A stretch of 32,000 nucleotides of DNA, from the NCBI RefSeq assembly GCF_000007985.2, contig NC_002939.5:2310001-2342000 (forward strand), read 5' to 3'. The position numbers were made by a program, and so were the translations under genes. This DNA is from Geobacter sulfurreducens PCA. Lineage in GTDB: Bacteria > Desulfobacterota > Desulfuromonadia > Geobacterales > Geobacteraceae. Positions 1 through 8,607 of the stretch are shown piece after piece. Below the pieces are notes generated by a model. That model had not been told where the DNA came from and ran no database searches. It was given only the letters and a program-made list of their open reading frames with translations. How positions within the stretch are numbered: position 1 is the stretch's first letter; every line of letters begins with the position of its first letter.

Positions 1-1
1 G

Positions 2-823
<822 letters not shown>

Positions 824-838
824 CCCTGACAACGCAAA

Positions 839-880
839 GGGGACGCAGTTGATCGGCGCATCAACTGCGTCCCCTTGAAT
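839..880 (+). terminator. probable rho-independent terminator of katG
   Basis: Perfect 15-bp stem GGGGACGCAGTTGAT (839-853) / ATCAACTGCGTCCCC (860-874) with a 6-nt loop, 16 nt after the katG stop. It is followed by TTGAAT, a weak U-tract. Confidence 0.6.
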
Positions 881-1075
881 CAATGTAGTCAACCCATTCG
901 GCATCGGCCGACGGCCGTGTCACCCCGGTAAGTAGAGAAGTTTTAGGCCAACAGGACTACCGTCCCAGAACAACCAAAGGAAATTAAAGGCAAATAAATT
1001 TATCACTGTCTTTCCCGGCTTTCTCACAGGGCGAAAAACCGCTCAGACCATTCAATTAAGACGTTAGGCGTCAAA

Positions 1076-1744
1076 TTGCGAGGTAGTGCATTGCGAGAGT
1101 TCCGCTTTGCGGTCGGTTCAAAGGACGGTCTGCGTTCAACCGTGTGGAAGTGCTGGGTCCAGGGGGCCGAGGCCTACATTACTGGACGGCTGTTCGGCAA
1201 CGAGATGAAGATCTCGCTGCATTCTTCTGGGGAGTGTCAATGGTCCTGCACGGACATATGGGTCCGACGAGACCCAAGCCGCAGAAACGCCGATCGGCAT
1301 ATCGCCAAGTGGCATGTGACCTACCCACAAGACAACAACGCGATATTAGCCTTTCGCGTCGCAGTTCCTGTATCAGAGCTTCGTTCGGAGCCTATTACAT
1401 CGAGCCAGAAAAAGGCATTCTGGATAGGGAACGCACCGGTCGGATCGACTGTTGAATTTTGCTTCTATTTCACTCGACAACTTGATTACCCGCCACCCAC
1501 TGATGGCAACCCTGCGCTTCGGCACATTGCATCCCTCAAGTTGCGCGACGGGCGCTGGTTAGTCGTCTTTGTTTGGTTGCGGTCTCTTTCAGCTAGTGAC
1601 ATTGCCGCCGCTCGAGATGCGGCGGTAGCGCAAGCACGCGCAGATGGAATACAAGTTTGTGCAGAACACCGCCTAGCACTGTTTGCCTTGCCGACTGCCG
1701 AAACATCGGCGGCAGTGCTCGAAGTCTGTGCGACTGCTACCTAA
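1076..1744 (+). CDS. hypothetical protein (no recognisable family)
   Basis: 222-codon ORF with a TTG start and no internal ATG near the 5' end. An alternative TTG at 1091 is preceded by GAGGT. It is convergent with the GRE gene and looks less GC-rich than its neighbours. I recognise no motif. Confidence 0.4.
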   Translation: MRGSALREFRFAVGSKDGLRSTVWKCWVQGAEAYITGRLFGNEMKISLHSSGECQWSCTDIWVRRDPSRRNADRHIAKWHVTYPQDNNAILAFRVAVPVSELRSEPITSSQKKAFWIGNAPVGSTVEFCFYFTRQLDYPPPTDGNPALRHIASLKLRDGRWLVVFVWLRSLSASDIAAARDAAVAQARADGIQVCAEHRLALFALPTAETSAAVLEVCATAT

Positions 1745-1840
1745 CCTTTCGGTTGACTCCATCCCCACCCTATCCTCTCAACCGCCACAACTCCTACCCA
1801 TCAGAAACCACGGCACGCCAGAACCAACAAACAGCCGACA

Positions 1841-4201
1841 TCAGAGACTATCATGCTCGGTACGCGTGATGATCTCGTCCTGCAGTTCCCGCGACAGGTC
1901 GCAGAAGTAGTCGCTGTAGCCCGCCACGCGCACGATCAGGTCGCGGTGGGCATCGGGGTCGGCCTGGGCGGCGCGGAGCGTGTCGGCGCGCACGACGTTG
2001 AACTGGACGTGGTGCCCGTCCATGCGGAAATAGCTCCGCACGAGGCTGGCCATTGTGCTGATCCCCTGCTCCCCTTCCACGAGGGAGGGGGCAAACTTCA
2101 TGTTGAGCAGGGTGCCGCCGGTTCTGATGTGGTCCATCTTGCCGGCCGATTTGATGACCGCGGTCGGCCCGGAGCGATCCGCCCCCTGGACCGGGGAGAT
2201 ACCCTCCGAGAGCGGGGTGCCGGCCCGGCGCCCGTCCGGGGTTGCGCCGGTGACCGAGCCGAAGTAGACGTGACAGGTGGTGGGGAGCATCTCGATCCGG
2301 TACTGCCCACCCTTGCTGTTGGGCCGGCCATCGACGGTCCTGAAGAAGCTCTCGAAGACCCGGCGCATAAGGTCGTCGGCGTAGTCGTCGTCGTTGCCGT
2401 ATTTGCTGGTCCTGTTGAGCAGGCGCTGGCGTAGCGGCTCCTGCCCCGCAAAATCGGCGTCAAGTGCGGCCACCAGGTCCGGCAGCGCAATGTGGCCGGA
2501 GTCGTAGACCAGCGCCTTGATGGCGGACAGTGAGTCGGTGATGCTGCCGATCCCCACGCCCTGGATGAAGGTGTTGTTGTAGCGCGCCCCGCCGGCGTTG
2601 TAGTCCCTGCCGGTTGCGATGCAGTCGTCGATCAGCACCGACAGGAACGGCGCCGGCATGAGGCGGCAGTAGATTTGTTCGATCAGCTGGTTGCCCGCCA
2701 TCTTGATCTCGATGAAATGCCGCAGCTGCGCCTCGAAGGCGGCGTAGAGGTCGTCGAAGGAGGCAAAACCGGAGGGATCGCCGCTGGCCGGGCCCAGCTG
2801 CCTGCCGGTGCGAGGGTCGACGCCGTTGTGCAGGGCCAGTTCCAGGAGCTTCACCAGGTTGAAGTAGCCGGTCAGGATGTAGGCCTCTTTGCCGAACGCC
2901 CCCACCTCGACGCAGCCGCTGCAGCCGCCGGCCCGGGCGTCCACCAGGCTCTTGCCCTGGCGCAACTGCTCCTCCACCACGCTGTCGGCGTTGAAGATGG
3001 AAGGAAAGCCGTACCCGTTCCTGATGACACGCAGGGCATGGCTCAGGAAGGCGTCGGGAGACTTGCGGGAGAGCTGGATGTTGCTGCTGGGCTGGAGCAG
3101 GTGCATCTCGTCGATGATGTCGAGCAGGAGGTGGGACACCTCGTTGGAGCCGTCGGAACCGTCGGGCAGCAGACCGCCCAGGTTGATGTTGGCGAAATCG
3201 GTGTAGGTGCCGCTCTCGGCGGCGGTGACTCCCACCTTGGGGGGGGCCGGGTGGTTGTTGAACTTGACGAAGAAGCATTCCAGCAGCTCCCGCGCCGCAT
3301 CCCGCGACAGGGAGCCGTGGGCCAGACCCTGCTCGTAGAACGGCAGCAGGTGCTGGTCCAGGTGGCCGGGGCTCATGGCGTCCCACCCGTTCAGCTCGGT
3401 GATGATTGCCAGGTGGCAGAACCAGTAGGCCTGGAGCGCTTCGTGGAAGTCGCGCGGCGCATGGGCCGGCACATGGCGGCAGACCTCGGCGATGCGCTCA
3501 AGTTCCCGCTTCCGGTGCGGATCCGTCTCCCGCGCCGCCATCTCGTCGGCCAGGCCGGCATGCCGCTCGGCAAAGAGGATGGCCGCGTCGCAGGAAATGG
3601 CCATGGCCCTGAGCTGCTCGCGCTTCTCCCAGGCCGCGCCGTCCTGCACGAAGTCGAGCCGCCCGATCTCCCGGGCAATGTCGGCCTTGAAATCCAGCAG
3701 GCCGCGCCGGAAGGGCTTCTCGTCCAGGACCGTGTGACCCGGGGCGCGCTGTTCCATGAATTCGGTGAAGATGCCTGCGGCGTACGCCTCGTGCCATTCC
3801 GGGGCCAGTTCGCCGAACATCTTGTCCCGCAGGGAGCGCCCCCGCCAGTAGGGGATCACCGTTTCCTCGTAGGCGGCGAGGCACTCGGCGGAAACGGCAT
3901 AGCTCGTCAGGGGACGCGAATCGAGAATACGCAGGTCTTCCAGGCTGTGACAGGTCAGTTCGGGATAGGTGGGGACCGCCTTGGGTTCAGGACCCCGCTC
4001 GCCCACGACCAGTTCGCCCTCCCCGATCCAGATGGTCTTATGACGGCAGATATGGAGGAACGACAGGGCGCGCATCACCGGCACCGAGTATTTCCCCTCG
4101 TTTTCCCGGTAAAATTCGGTCAGCAGCAGCGCCCGTTCGGCGGAAATGGCGGGGCGTGCCTCCAGGCTCCTGCGGCGCAGTTCCCGTGTGCGCTCGGTCA
4201 T
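1841..4201 (-). CDS. glycyl-radical enzyme, PFL2/dehydratase class (closest by eye to HypD-type trans-4-hydroxy-L-proline dehydratase; substrate unproven)
   Basis: 786 aa. C-terminal glycyl radical motif DLIVRVAGYSDYF, and catalytic Cys loop GGCSGCVEVG. FTEFMEQRAPGHTV, YGNDDDYAD and MLPTTCHVYFG blocks are typical of the dehydratase/lyase GRE clade. The start lies 4 nt after the activase stop. Confidence 0.93.
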   Translation of the reverse strand: MTERTRELRRRSLEARPAISAERALLLTEFYRENEGKYSVPVMRALSFLHICRHKTIWIGEGELVVGERGPEPKAVPTYPELTCHSLEDLRILDSRPLTSYAVSAECLAAYEETVIPYWRGRSLRDKMFGELAPEWHEAYAAGIFTEFMEQRAPGHTVLDEKPFRRGLLDFKADIAREIGRLDFVQDGAAWEKREQLRAMAISCDAAILFAERHAGLADEMAARETDPHRKRELERIAEVCRHVPAHAPRDFHEALQAYWFCHLAIITELNGWDAMSPGHLDQHLLPFYEQGLAHGSLSRDAARELLECFFVKFNNHPAPPKVGVTAAESGTYTDFANINLGGLLPDGSDGSNEVSHLLLDIIDEMHLLQPSSNIQLSRKSPDAFLSHALRVIRNGYGFPSIFNADSVVEEQLRQGKSLVDARAGGCSGCVEVGAFGKEAYILTGYFNLVKLLELALHNGVDPRTGRQLGPASGDPSGFASFDDLYAAFEAQLRHFIEIKMAGNQLIEQIYCRLMPAPFLSVLIDDCIATGRDYNAGGARYNNTFIQGVGIGSITDSLSAIKALVYDSGHIALPDLVAALDADFAGQEPLRQRLLNRTSKYGNDDDYADDLMRRVFESFFRTVDGRPNSKGGQYRIEMLPTTCHVYFGSVTGATPDGRRAGTPLSEGISPVQGADRSGPTAVIKSAGKMDHIRTGGTLLNMKFAPSLVEGEQGISTMASLVRSYFRMDGHHVQFNVVRADTLRAAQADPDAHRDLIVRVAGYSDYFCDLSRELQDEIITRTEHDSL

Positions 4202-4205
4202 ATCT

Positions 4206-5102
4206 CTATCCTCCTATGATGGTGGTCAGTCCTGCGGCGCGGAATATCCGCACCAGTTCTTCCATCCGCTCCCTGCTGGGGGTAGCGATTGCGTCATCAG
4301 CCCCTGCCCTGCCCAGCTGGCGGAGTTTGCCGTGCCAGGTGCGGTGATAGGGGAGCAGGTTCACCTGGCGCACCCCCGGCGTTCGTGCCGCCAGGGCGGC
4401 GGTGGCTTCCAGGTTGGCGCGGTCGTCGTTGACGCCGGGAATGATCGGGATGCGGATCCAGATGGTATCGTGCACCGCGCCGAGCGCCGCCAGGTTGTCC
4501 AGTACCATCCGGTTGTCCAGCCCAACCACGGCCCGGTGCCGTTCGGCATCCATCAGCTTCAGGTCGTAGAGGATCAGGTCGGCGGCAGTGGCGACCTCCA
4601 GGAACTGATCCCGCGGGGCAAATCCGCCGGTATCAACCGCCGTCCGGATGCCCCGCTCCCGGCAGCCGGCCAGGAGCGCCTTGAGGAAACCGGGCTGGCA
4701 CAGGGGCTCGCCGCCGGAAAAGGTTGCGCCGCCGCCCGACTCCTCGTAGAAGATCCGGTCCTTCAGCAGCGCGGCAAGCACGTCGGCCACGGTCATCTCG
4801 GTGCCGGCCAGGCGACGCGCGCCGGTGGGACAGGCATCCGCGCACCGGCCGCAGATCAGGCAGGCCGCCTCGCGCCCCTGCCCGCGGCCCGCGGTCCCGT
4901 GCGGGCAGGCCCGGGCACATTCGCCGCAGGAGAGGCAGCGCCCTTCCACCAGGGTCATCTCCGGGGCCGGCGCCTGGCTTTCCGGGTTGTGGCACCACCA
5001 GCAACTGGCCGGGCACCCCTTCAGAAACACGGTCGTGCGGATACCGGGGCCATCGGAGATGGAATATTTCTGGATATTGAAGACAATGCCCCGATCGATC
5101 AT
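4206..5102 (-). CDS. glycyl-radical enzyme activating protein (radical SAM, with 2x[4Fe-4S] ferredoxin-like insert)
   Basis: 298 aa. CxxxCxxC radical SAM motif in GCPASCWWCHNPES. Two extra Cys clusters (CLSCGECARACPHG, CLICGRCADACPTG) as in dehydratase-class GRE activases. SGGEPL SAM-binding motif. Sits directly upstream of the GRE gene. Confidence 0.93.
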   Translation of the reverse strand: MIDRGIVFNIQKYSISDGPGIRTTVFLKGCPASCWWCHNPESQAPAPEMTLVEGRCLSCGECARACPHGTAGRGQGREAACLICGRCADACPTGARRLAGTEMTVADVLAALLKDRIFYEESGGGATFSGGEPLCQPGFLKALLAGCRERGIRTAVDTGGFAPRDQFLEVATAADLILYDLKLMDAERHRAVVGLDNRMVLDNLAALGAVHDTIWIRIPIIPGVNDDRANLEATAALAARTPGVRQVNLLPYHRTWHGKLRQLGRAGADDAIATPSRERMEELVRIFRAAGLTTIIGG

Positions 5103-5244
5103 CGAGTATCCTTGGCCGGACAGATGCGGCTACGCTCCCCGGTTCGGGGCGAACTTGAAGGATTACACGGCCGGGAGAGACGCAGAAAGCTGAATGATAG
5201 CCGAATTATCATTTTATTTCAGCAGGTAACCGTGCCATACGCAC

Positions 5245-5277
5245 AAAGGGTTATGACATCAAGCCATAACCCTTTGG
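5245..5277. promoter_or_regulatory. 12-bp perfect inverted repeat (possible operator, or terminator of the upstream gene) in the 5' region of the GRE operon
   Basis: CAAAGGGTTATG (5245-5256), 9-nt spacer, CATAACCCTTTG (5266-5277). Lies between the SnoaL-like gene stop (5398) and the activase start (5102). No U-tract on either strand. Confidence 0.35.
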
Positions 5278-5397
5278 ATTCATGGATACTCTTAAGAGGA
5301 GAAGTGCTGCGGTGCTCCCCTTTGACCGGCCCCCCTGCCCGCTCATCGCGGATGCCCCTGCACTCCCGTCATTGGCACTGTCCGCCGATGAACCGCC

Positions 5398-5946
5398 CTA
5401 GTGCGAAGAGGGAAACGACCAGTGAAGATGCGCCAGTTCCCACCGCCCATCTCGAAGCTGCCATCCTTGCGTTTCGGTTCCCCGGATACCGAAAAACCGC
5501 CCCTGCCTCTTGCCTTTGATAGAGAAGTTCCGGGTAATGATGGCCATCCGTTCTGACTCCATAACCCGAATATCACTGTACGTGGCGGCCAGCTCCTGAA
5601 ACGACGACAACTCCGGCCCCAGGTGGTTTGTCAGCACATCATCCCTGCCGCGGTTCTGCGTGCCTTGTTCATACATCACGATATCGGGAGCAAACAATTG
5701 CTTCAGGGCATCGACATTTCTCGACTGGAAGGCGTGATCGAACTCGCCAAGCGCTTTACGCAACGCCTCTGAGAGGCGTTCTATAGAATTTGAGGCGACT
5801 CCTTCTTTTGACGAATCGTTAGCACTTGCTTGCTTATCATAACCATACACGGTGCCGTTCAACGAGATTTCGGCCACAATACACCCGAGCAGCATCATAG
5901 TTGTCAGTGATACTATTGACTTAGCCCTGATACTCATAACATTCAT
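5398..5946 (-). CDS. secreted SnoaL-like / NTF2-fold (DUF4440-like) protein
   Basis: The ORF extends to 6039, but the ATG at 5946 is preceded by GGGGAGG at 7 nt and begins a signal-peptide-like N-terminus (MNVMSIRAKSIVSLTTMMLLGC). The C-terminal two thirds resemble SnoaL/DUF4440 proteins (LFAPDIVMYEQG...WQLRDGRWELAHLHWS). Confidence 0.65.
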   Translation of the reverse strand: MNVMSIRAKSIVSLTTMMLLGCIVAEISLNGTVYGYDKQASANDSSKEGVASNSIERLSEALRKALGEFDHAFQSRNVDALKQLFAPDIVMYEQGTQNRGRDDVLTNHLGPELSSFQELAATYSDIRVMESERMAIITRNFSIKGKRQGRFFGIRGTETQGWQLRDGRWELAHLHWSFPSSH

Positions 5947-6307
5947 ACACGCACCTCCCCTAATGTGTTTACCAGCTCTGAATTGACAATTTATACCATG
6001 GAGCACATCCGCACGGTGAAATAACCGATAACCCCCCACATTACGTGCAGTTGTATGCGCTCAACCGCAGCTTGCCCCCACTGCCGTTACGGAACAACTC
6101 CTGCACCAGCGGCAACAGAGACAGATATCCAATTTTCAGCGCTTAAGATGCGGGATTGACGGAACGAGGACGCGGAACACATCTTCCGGTGTTTCGGTAG
6201 GGATTTCGTTTTCCCCCGGAAAAGCAAATCCCCGATACCGTATGGATACAGTACCGGGGACAGTTTCGCGAACAACCTCGTAACCATCTGAGATCGTTAG
6301 ATCTTTT

Positions 6308-6330
6308 TGGAGCGGGAAACGGGATTCGAA
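6308..6330. repeat. distal att-type direct repeat (copy of tRNA-Gly 3' end)
   Basis: 23/23 identity with 27346-27368. The flanks diverge immediately on the outer side, and on the inner side after one mismatch (GCCACA vs CCCGCG). Confidence 0.8.
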
Positions 6331-6458
6331 GCCACAGAAAACAGAAGCTGATCAACACAGGGTATTTATAATATTTATACAATATTAGCTACTTGCAACT
6401 CACTTTTCGGTTGATTTTCGTTTGCAAACATTCAACTGAAGACACTATCTCACAAACA

Positions 6459-6480
6459 TTTGGTCAAAGTTTGGTCAAAG
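6459..6480. repeat. tandem 2 x 11-bp TTTGGTCAAAG (candidate arm-type integrase binding sites)
   Basis: TTTGGTCAAAGTTTGGTCAAAG read directly. The same dimer occurs in the same orientation at 27276-27299 at the other island end. Confidence 0.55.
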
Positions 6481-6568
6481 GTTTTAACACAACCTATTCT
6501 CCGCTCTAACTGGCCATAGCGCATGTGGCTTCGTATCGCGCAATTATCCTGACAAGCAAAGCCGCCTC

Positions 6569-8599
6569 TCAAGATAAGTTCAACGCCTTCGCAGCAGCAG
6601 TCTGGGGGTCAGAGAAAAACACAGGGTCAACCTTTTCCACGATCTCCCCGGATACTTCTAGGAAGTTGCGCTTGTTCTCAAGAGGAATGAGTGCCCGCTT
6701 TGCGCCGTTTTCCATTGCGATCTGAAGCGGTTCCGACAGAGAAGAGACCCCCTTTATGTTCCCTTGGATACTCAGGTCACCAAGGATCACCATTCCCGGG
6801 GCAACCTGGGTTTTCTTTATGGCCGATATGATGGCTATGATGAAGGCAATACCGGCTTCGCAACCTACCCGGTTGGTAAGAAGATCGATGGCTTCGACAT
6901 GGAAGTCCGTTGTATCGAAAATACTCGCTATCCCCATCGGAACCTTGTGTCCCTGAAGGAATCCGAAAGCGCGAGTAATGGATTCCTTCATCGTTGACTC
7001 CACGCCACCGGCAAGCTTCAATTTGCCGGTGCCGGCTGAGACACCCACTTCGATCCGATAGAGACCTACCTTGCCATCAGCATTGACGGATGCCGCATAA
7101 ACGGAGCCGGGTGCCAGCGGGTCAGTGGATATCAGGGCACGGCCACCTTCCTCGGGGACGCCGATGTAGCGTTCCTCCGTGCTCTCGTTGTCACGGTATG
7201 AGAAGGATGTCTGGTGGTACTCGAAGGAGCCCATCTTCTTGAGTTGTTCCTTCACCCGCCGCCGGCCCTCCATGGCGATGTCGACGGTCTCGGCCAGTTC
7301 GTCTTTAGTGAACTCACCATGAGGATAGAGCAGCTTGACGAGGCCAGACACCGTCTTGCGTACGGCCTTCACATCCCGGGCGTTCAGGTGGGCGCCGAAC
7401 GAGAAATATCGGTCGCTGACTTCAGTAAAGTTATGCCGGCGCAGTTCCCGCAGGGCCTCGGCAAGGTAGTCCACGACGAAGCCGTAATGCTGGGTGAAAT
7501 ACTCGATCCGCATCTTGGGGATTTCCCAGCCGGGGATGTAATAGTGAATCCGGTCCAGGAACGCCATGTCTTCCCTGACAATCTCCGGCAAAGGGATGAA
7601 GAGGTGTGAGGACTTCACCATCGTCTCCACAGGCTGGTTGGTGTTCCCGAACAGCGCAATGGATGCCATGCCGGAGAGCGACTCCTTGCCACGGGCGAAC
7701 GACCCGGACTCGCAGTACGTCTTCATCGTGGTTACGACTTCCTTGGGCATCTTCTCCAGATCGGCCACCTCATCAAAAGCCACCGCATCCCACAATCCCA
7801 CAAGCCCCATCTTATTGGTGGATATGTTGAAGAACAGGTTTGCCACGGTCGTCGGGCCGGTCATCAGAATGGCGTAGGGGCTCAACTCCTGATAAGCGTA
7901 GGACTTGCCGGTGCCGCGCGGTCCAAGCTCGACAAGGTTGTAGTTGGCCTCGCACAGCGGAATGAGCCGTATCAGAAACAGCAGCTTCAGCCGCCGCGTG
8001 AAATGCTCCGGCTCCATGCCGACGCTGCGGATCAGCATATCCACCCACTCTTCGGACGTGAACTGCCGACGTCCTTCTTGGTAAGCGTTTAAGTCGAAGG
8101 TGGCCAACTGAATAGGGGTGATGCTTTCAATCCAGAAGGGACTCCGGCGCCCCTTGGCCTCCTCGTCGTACTGGTGCCGGATCTCCATCTGCGCCCAGAC
8201 ACCGCCCATGAGCAGCCGATCGTACTCCCGTATGTAGCGTTCCGGAATATGCAGGTACTTGTGGCCGAAGTTGACGCATTCCGCCCAGTATTTGTCATCC
8301 TCTGCAAGGTAGCGGACCTTCACCTTGTCGATAAAGGTATGGCGCCCCTTCTCTCGGACCAGTGCTTGAGCCTTGTTCGCCTCCTCGGGGCGGACAAAAT
8401 TTTCGGCGAGGGTGTTGTTCACCACCCGAAGTCCCGCTTCCATTGCCGCCTCGTCGTCCGTGGCGCAGTATTTTCCCAGAAGGTATTCGAGGACAAATAC
8501 CGGCACGTTGGCCCCGACCTTGACCTTGCGCACCAGGTCCTTGCGCACCACCTTGCCGGAGAATACATCGACCAGCTTCTGGTCTAGAACATCGTTCAT
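6569..8599 (-). CDS. brxL: BREX Lon-like AAA+ protein BrxL
   Basis: 676 aa. The N-terminus MNDVLDQKLVDVFSGKVVRKDLV...VPVFVLEYLLGKYC is typical of BrxL. Walker A is LGPRGTGKSYAY. The C-terminal Lon-protease-like domain (ILGDLSIQGNIKGV...GAKRALIPLENKRNF) is present. Last gene of the operon. Confidence 0.92.
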   Translation of the reverse strand: MNDVLDQKLVDVFSGKVVRKDLVRKVKVGANVPVFVLEYLLGKYCATDDEAAMEAGLRVVNNTLAENFVRPEEANKAQALVREKGRHTFIDKVKVRYLAEDDKYWAECVNFGHKYLHIPERYIREYDRLLMGGVWAQMEIRHQYDEEAKGRRSPFWIESITPIQLATFDLNAYQEGRRQFTSEEWVDMLIRSVGMEPEHFTRRLKLLFLIRLIPLCEANYNLVELGPRGTGKSYAYQELSPYAILMTGPTTVANLFFNISTNKMGLVGLWDAVAFDEVADLEKMPKEVVTTMKTYCESGSFARGKESLSGMASIALFGNTNQPVETMVKSSHLFIPLPEIVREDMAFLDRIHYYIPGWEIPKMRIEYFTQHYGFVVDYLAEALRELRRHNFTEVSDRYFSFGAHLNARDVKAVRKTVSGLVKLLYPHGEFTKDELAETVDIAMEGRRRVKEQLKKMGSFEYHQTSFSYRDNESTEERYIGVPEEGGRALISTDPLAPGSVYAASVNADGKVGLYRIEVGVSAGTGKLKLAGGVESTMKESITRAFGFLQGHKVPMGIASIFDTTDFHVEAIDLLTNRVGCEAGIAFIIAIISAIKKTQVAPGMVILGDLSIQGNIKGVSSLSEPLQIAMENGAKRALIPLENKRNFLEVSGEIVEKVDPVFFSDPQTAAAKALNLS

Positions 8600-8607
8600 G
8601 GTAACTC

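Noticed and set aside
5221-5238. Sigma-54 promoter upstream of the GRE operon (minus strand TGGCACGGTTACCTGCTG)
   Set aside because: The -24 TGGCAC is perfect, but the GC of the -12 element is one nucleotide too far (GG-N11-GC instead of GG-N10-GC). No enhancer-binding protein gene is nearby. The evidence is too weak to call.
2460-5519. Very long ORFs antisense to, or out of frame with, the GRE and activase genes (2675..4219 + 514 aa, 4146..5519 + 457 aa, 2460..3386 - 308 aa, and several more)
   Set aside because: The translations are Arg/Pro/Gly/Ala-rich low-complexity strings typical of shadow frames in ~65% GC DNA. The opposite or other frame carries unmistakable GRE and radical-SAM motifs along its whole length.
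6087-6382. 66-aa and 79-aa minus-strand ORFs at the host/island junction
   Set aside because: They overlap each other, and one spans the att repeat. They have no SD sequence and no recognisable similarity, so they are probably junction noise.
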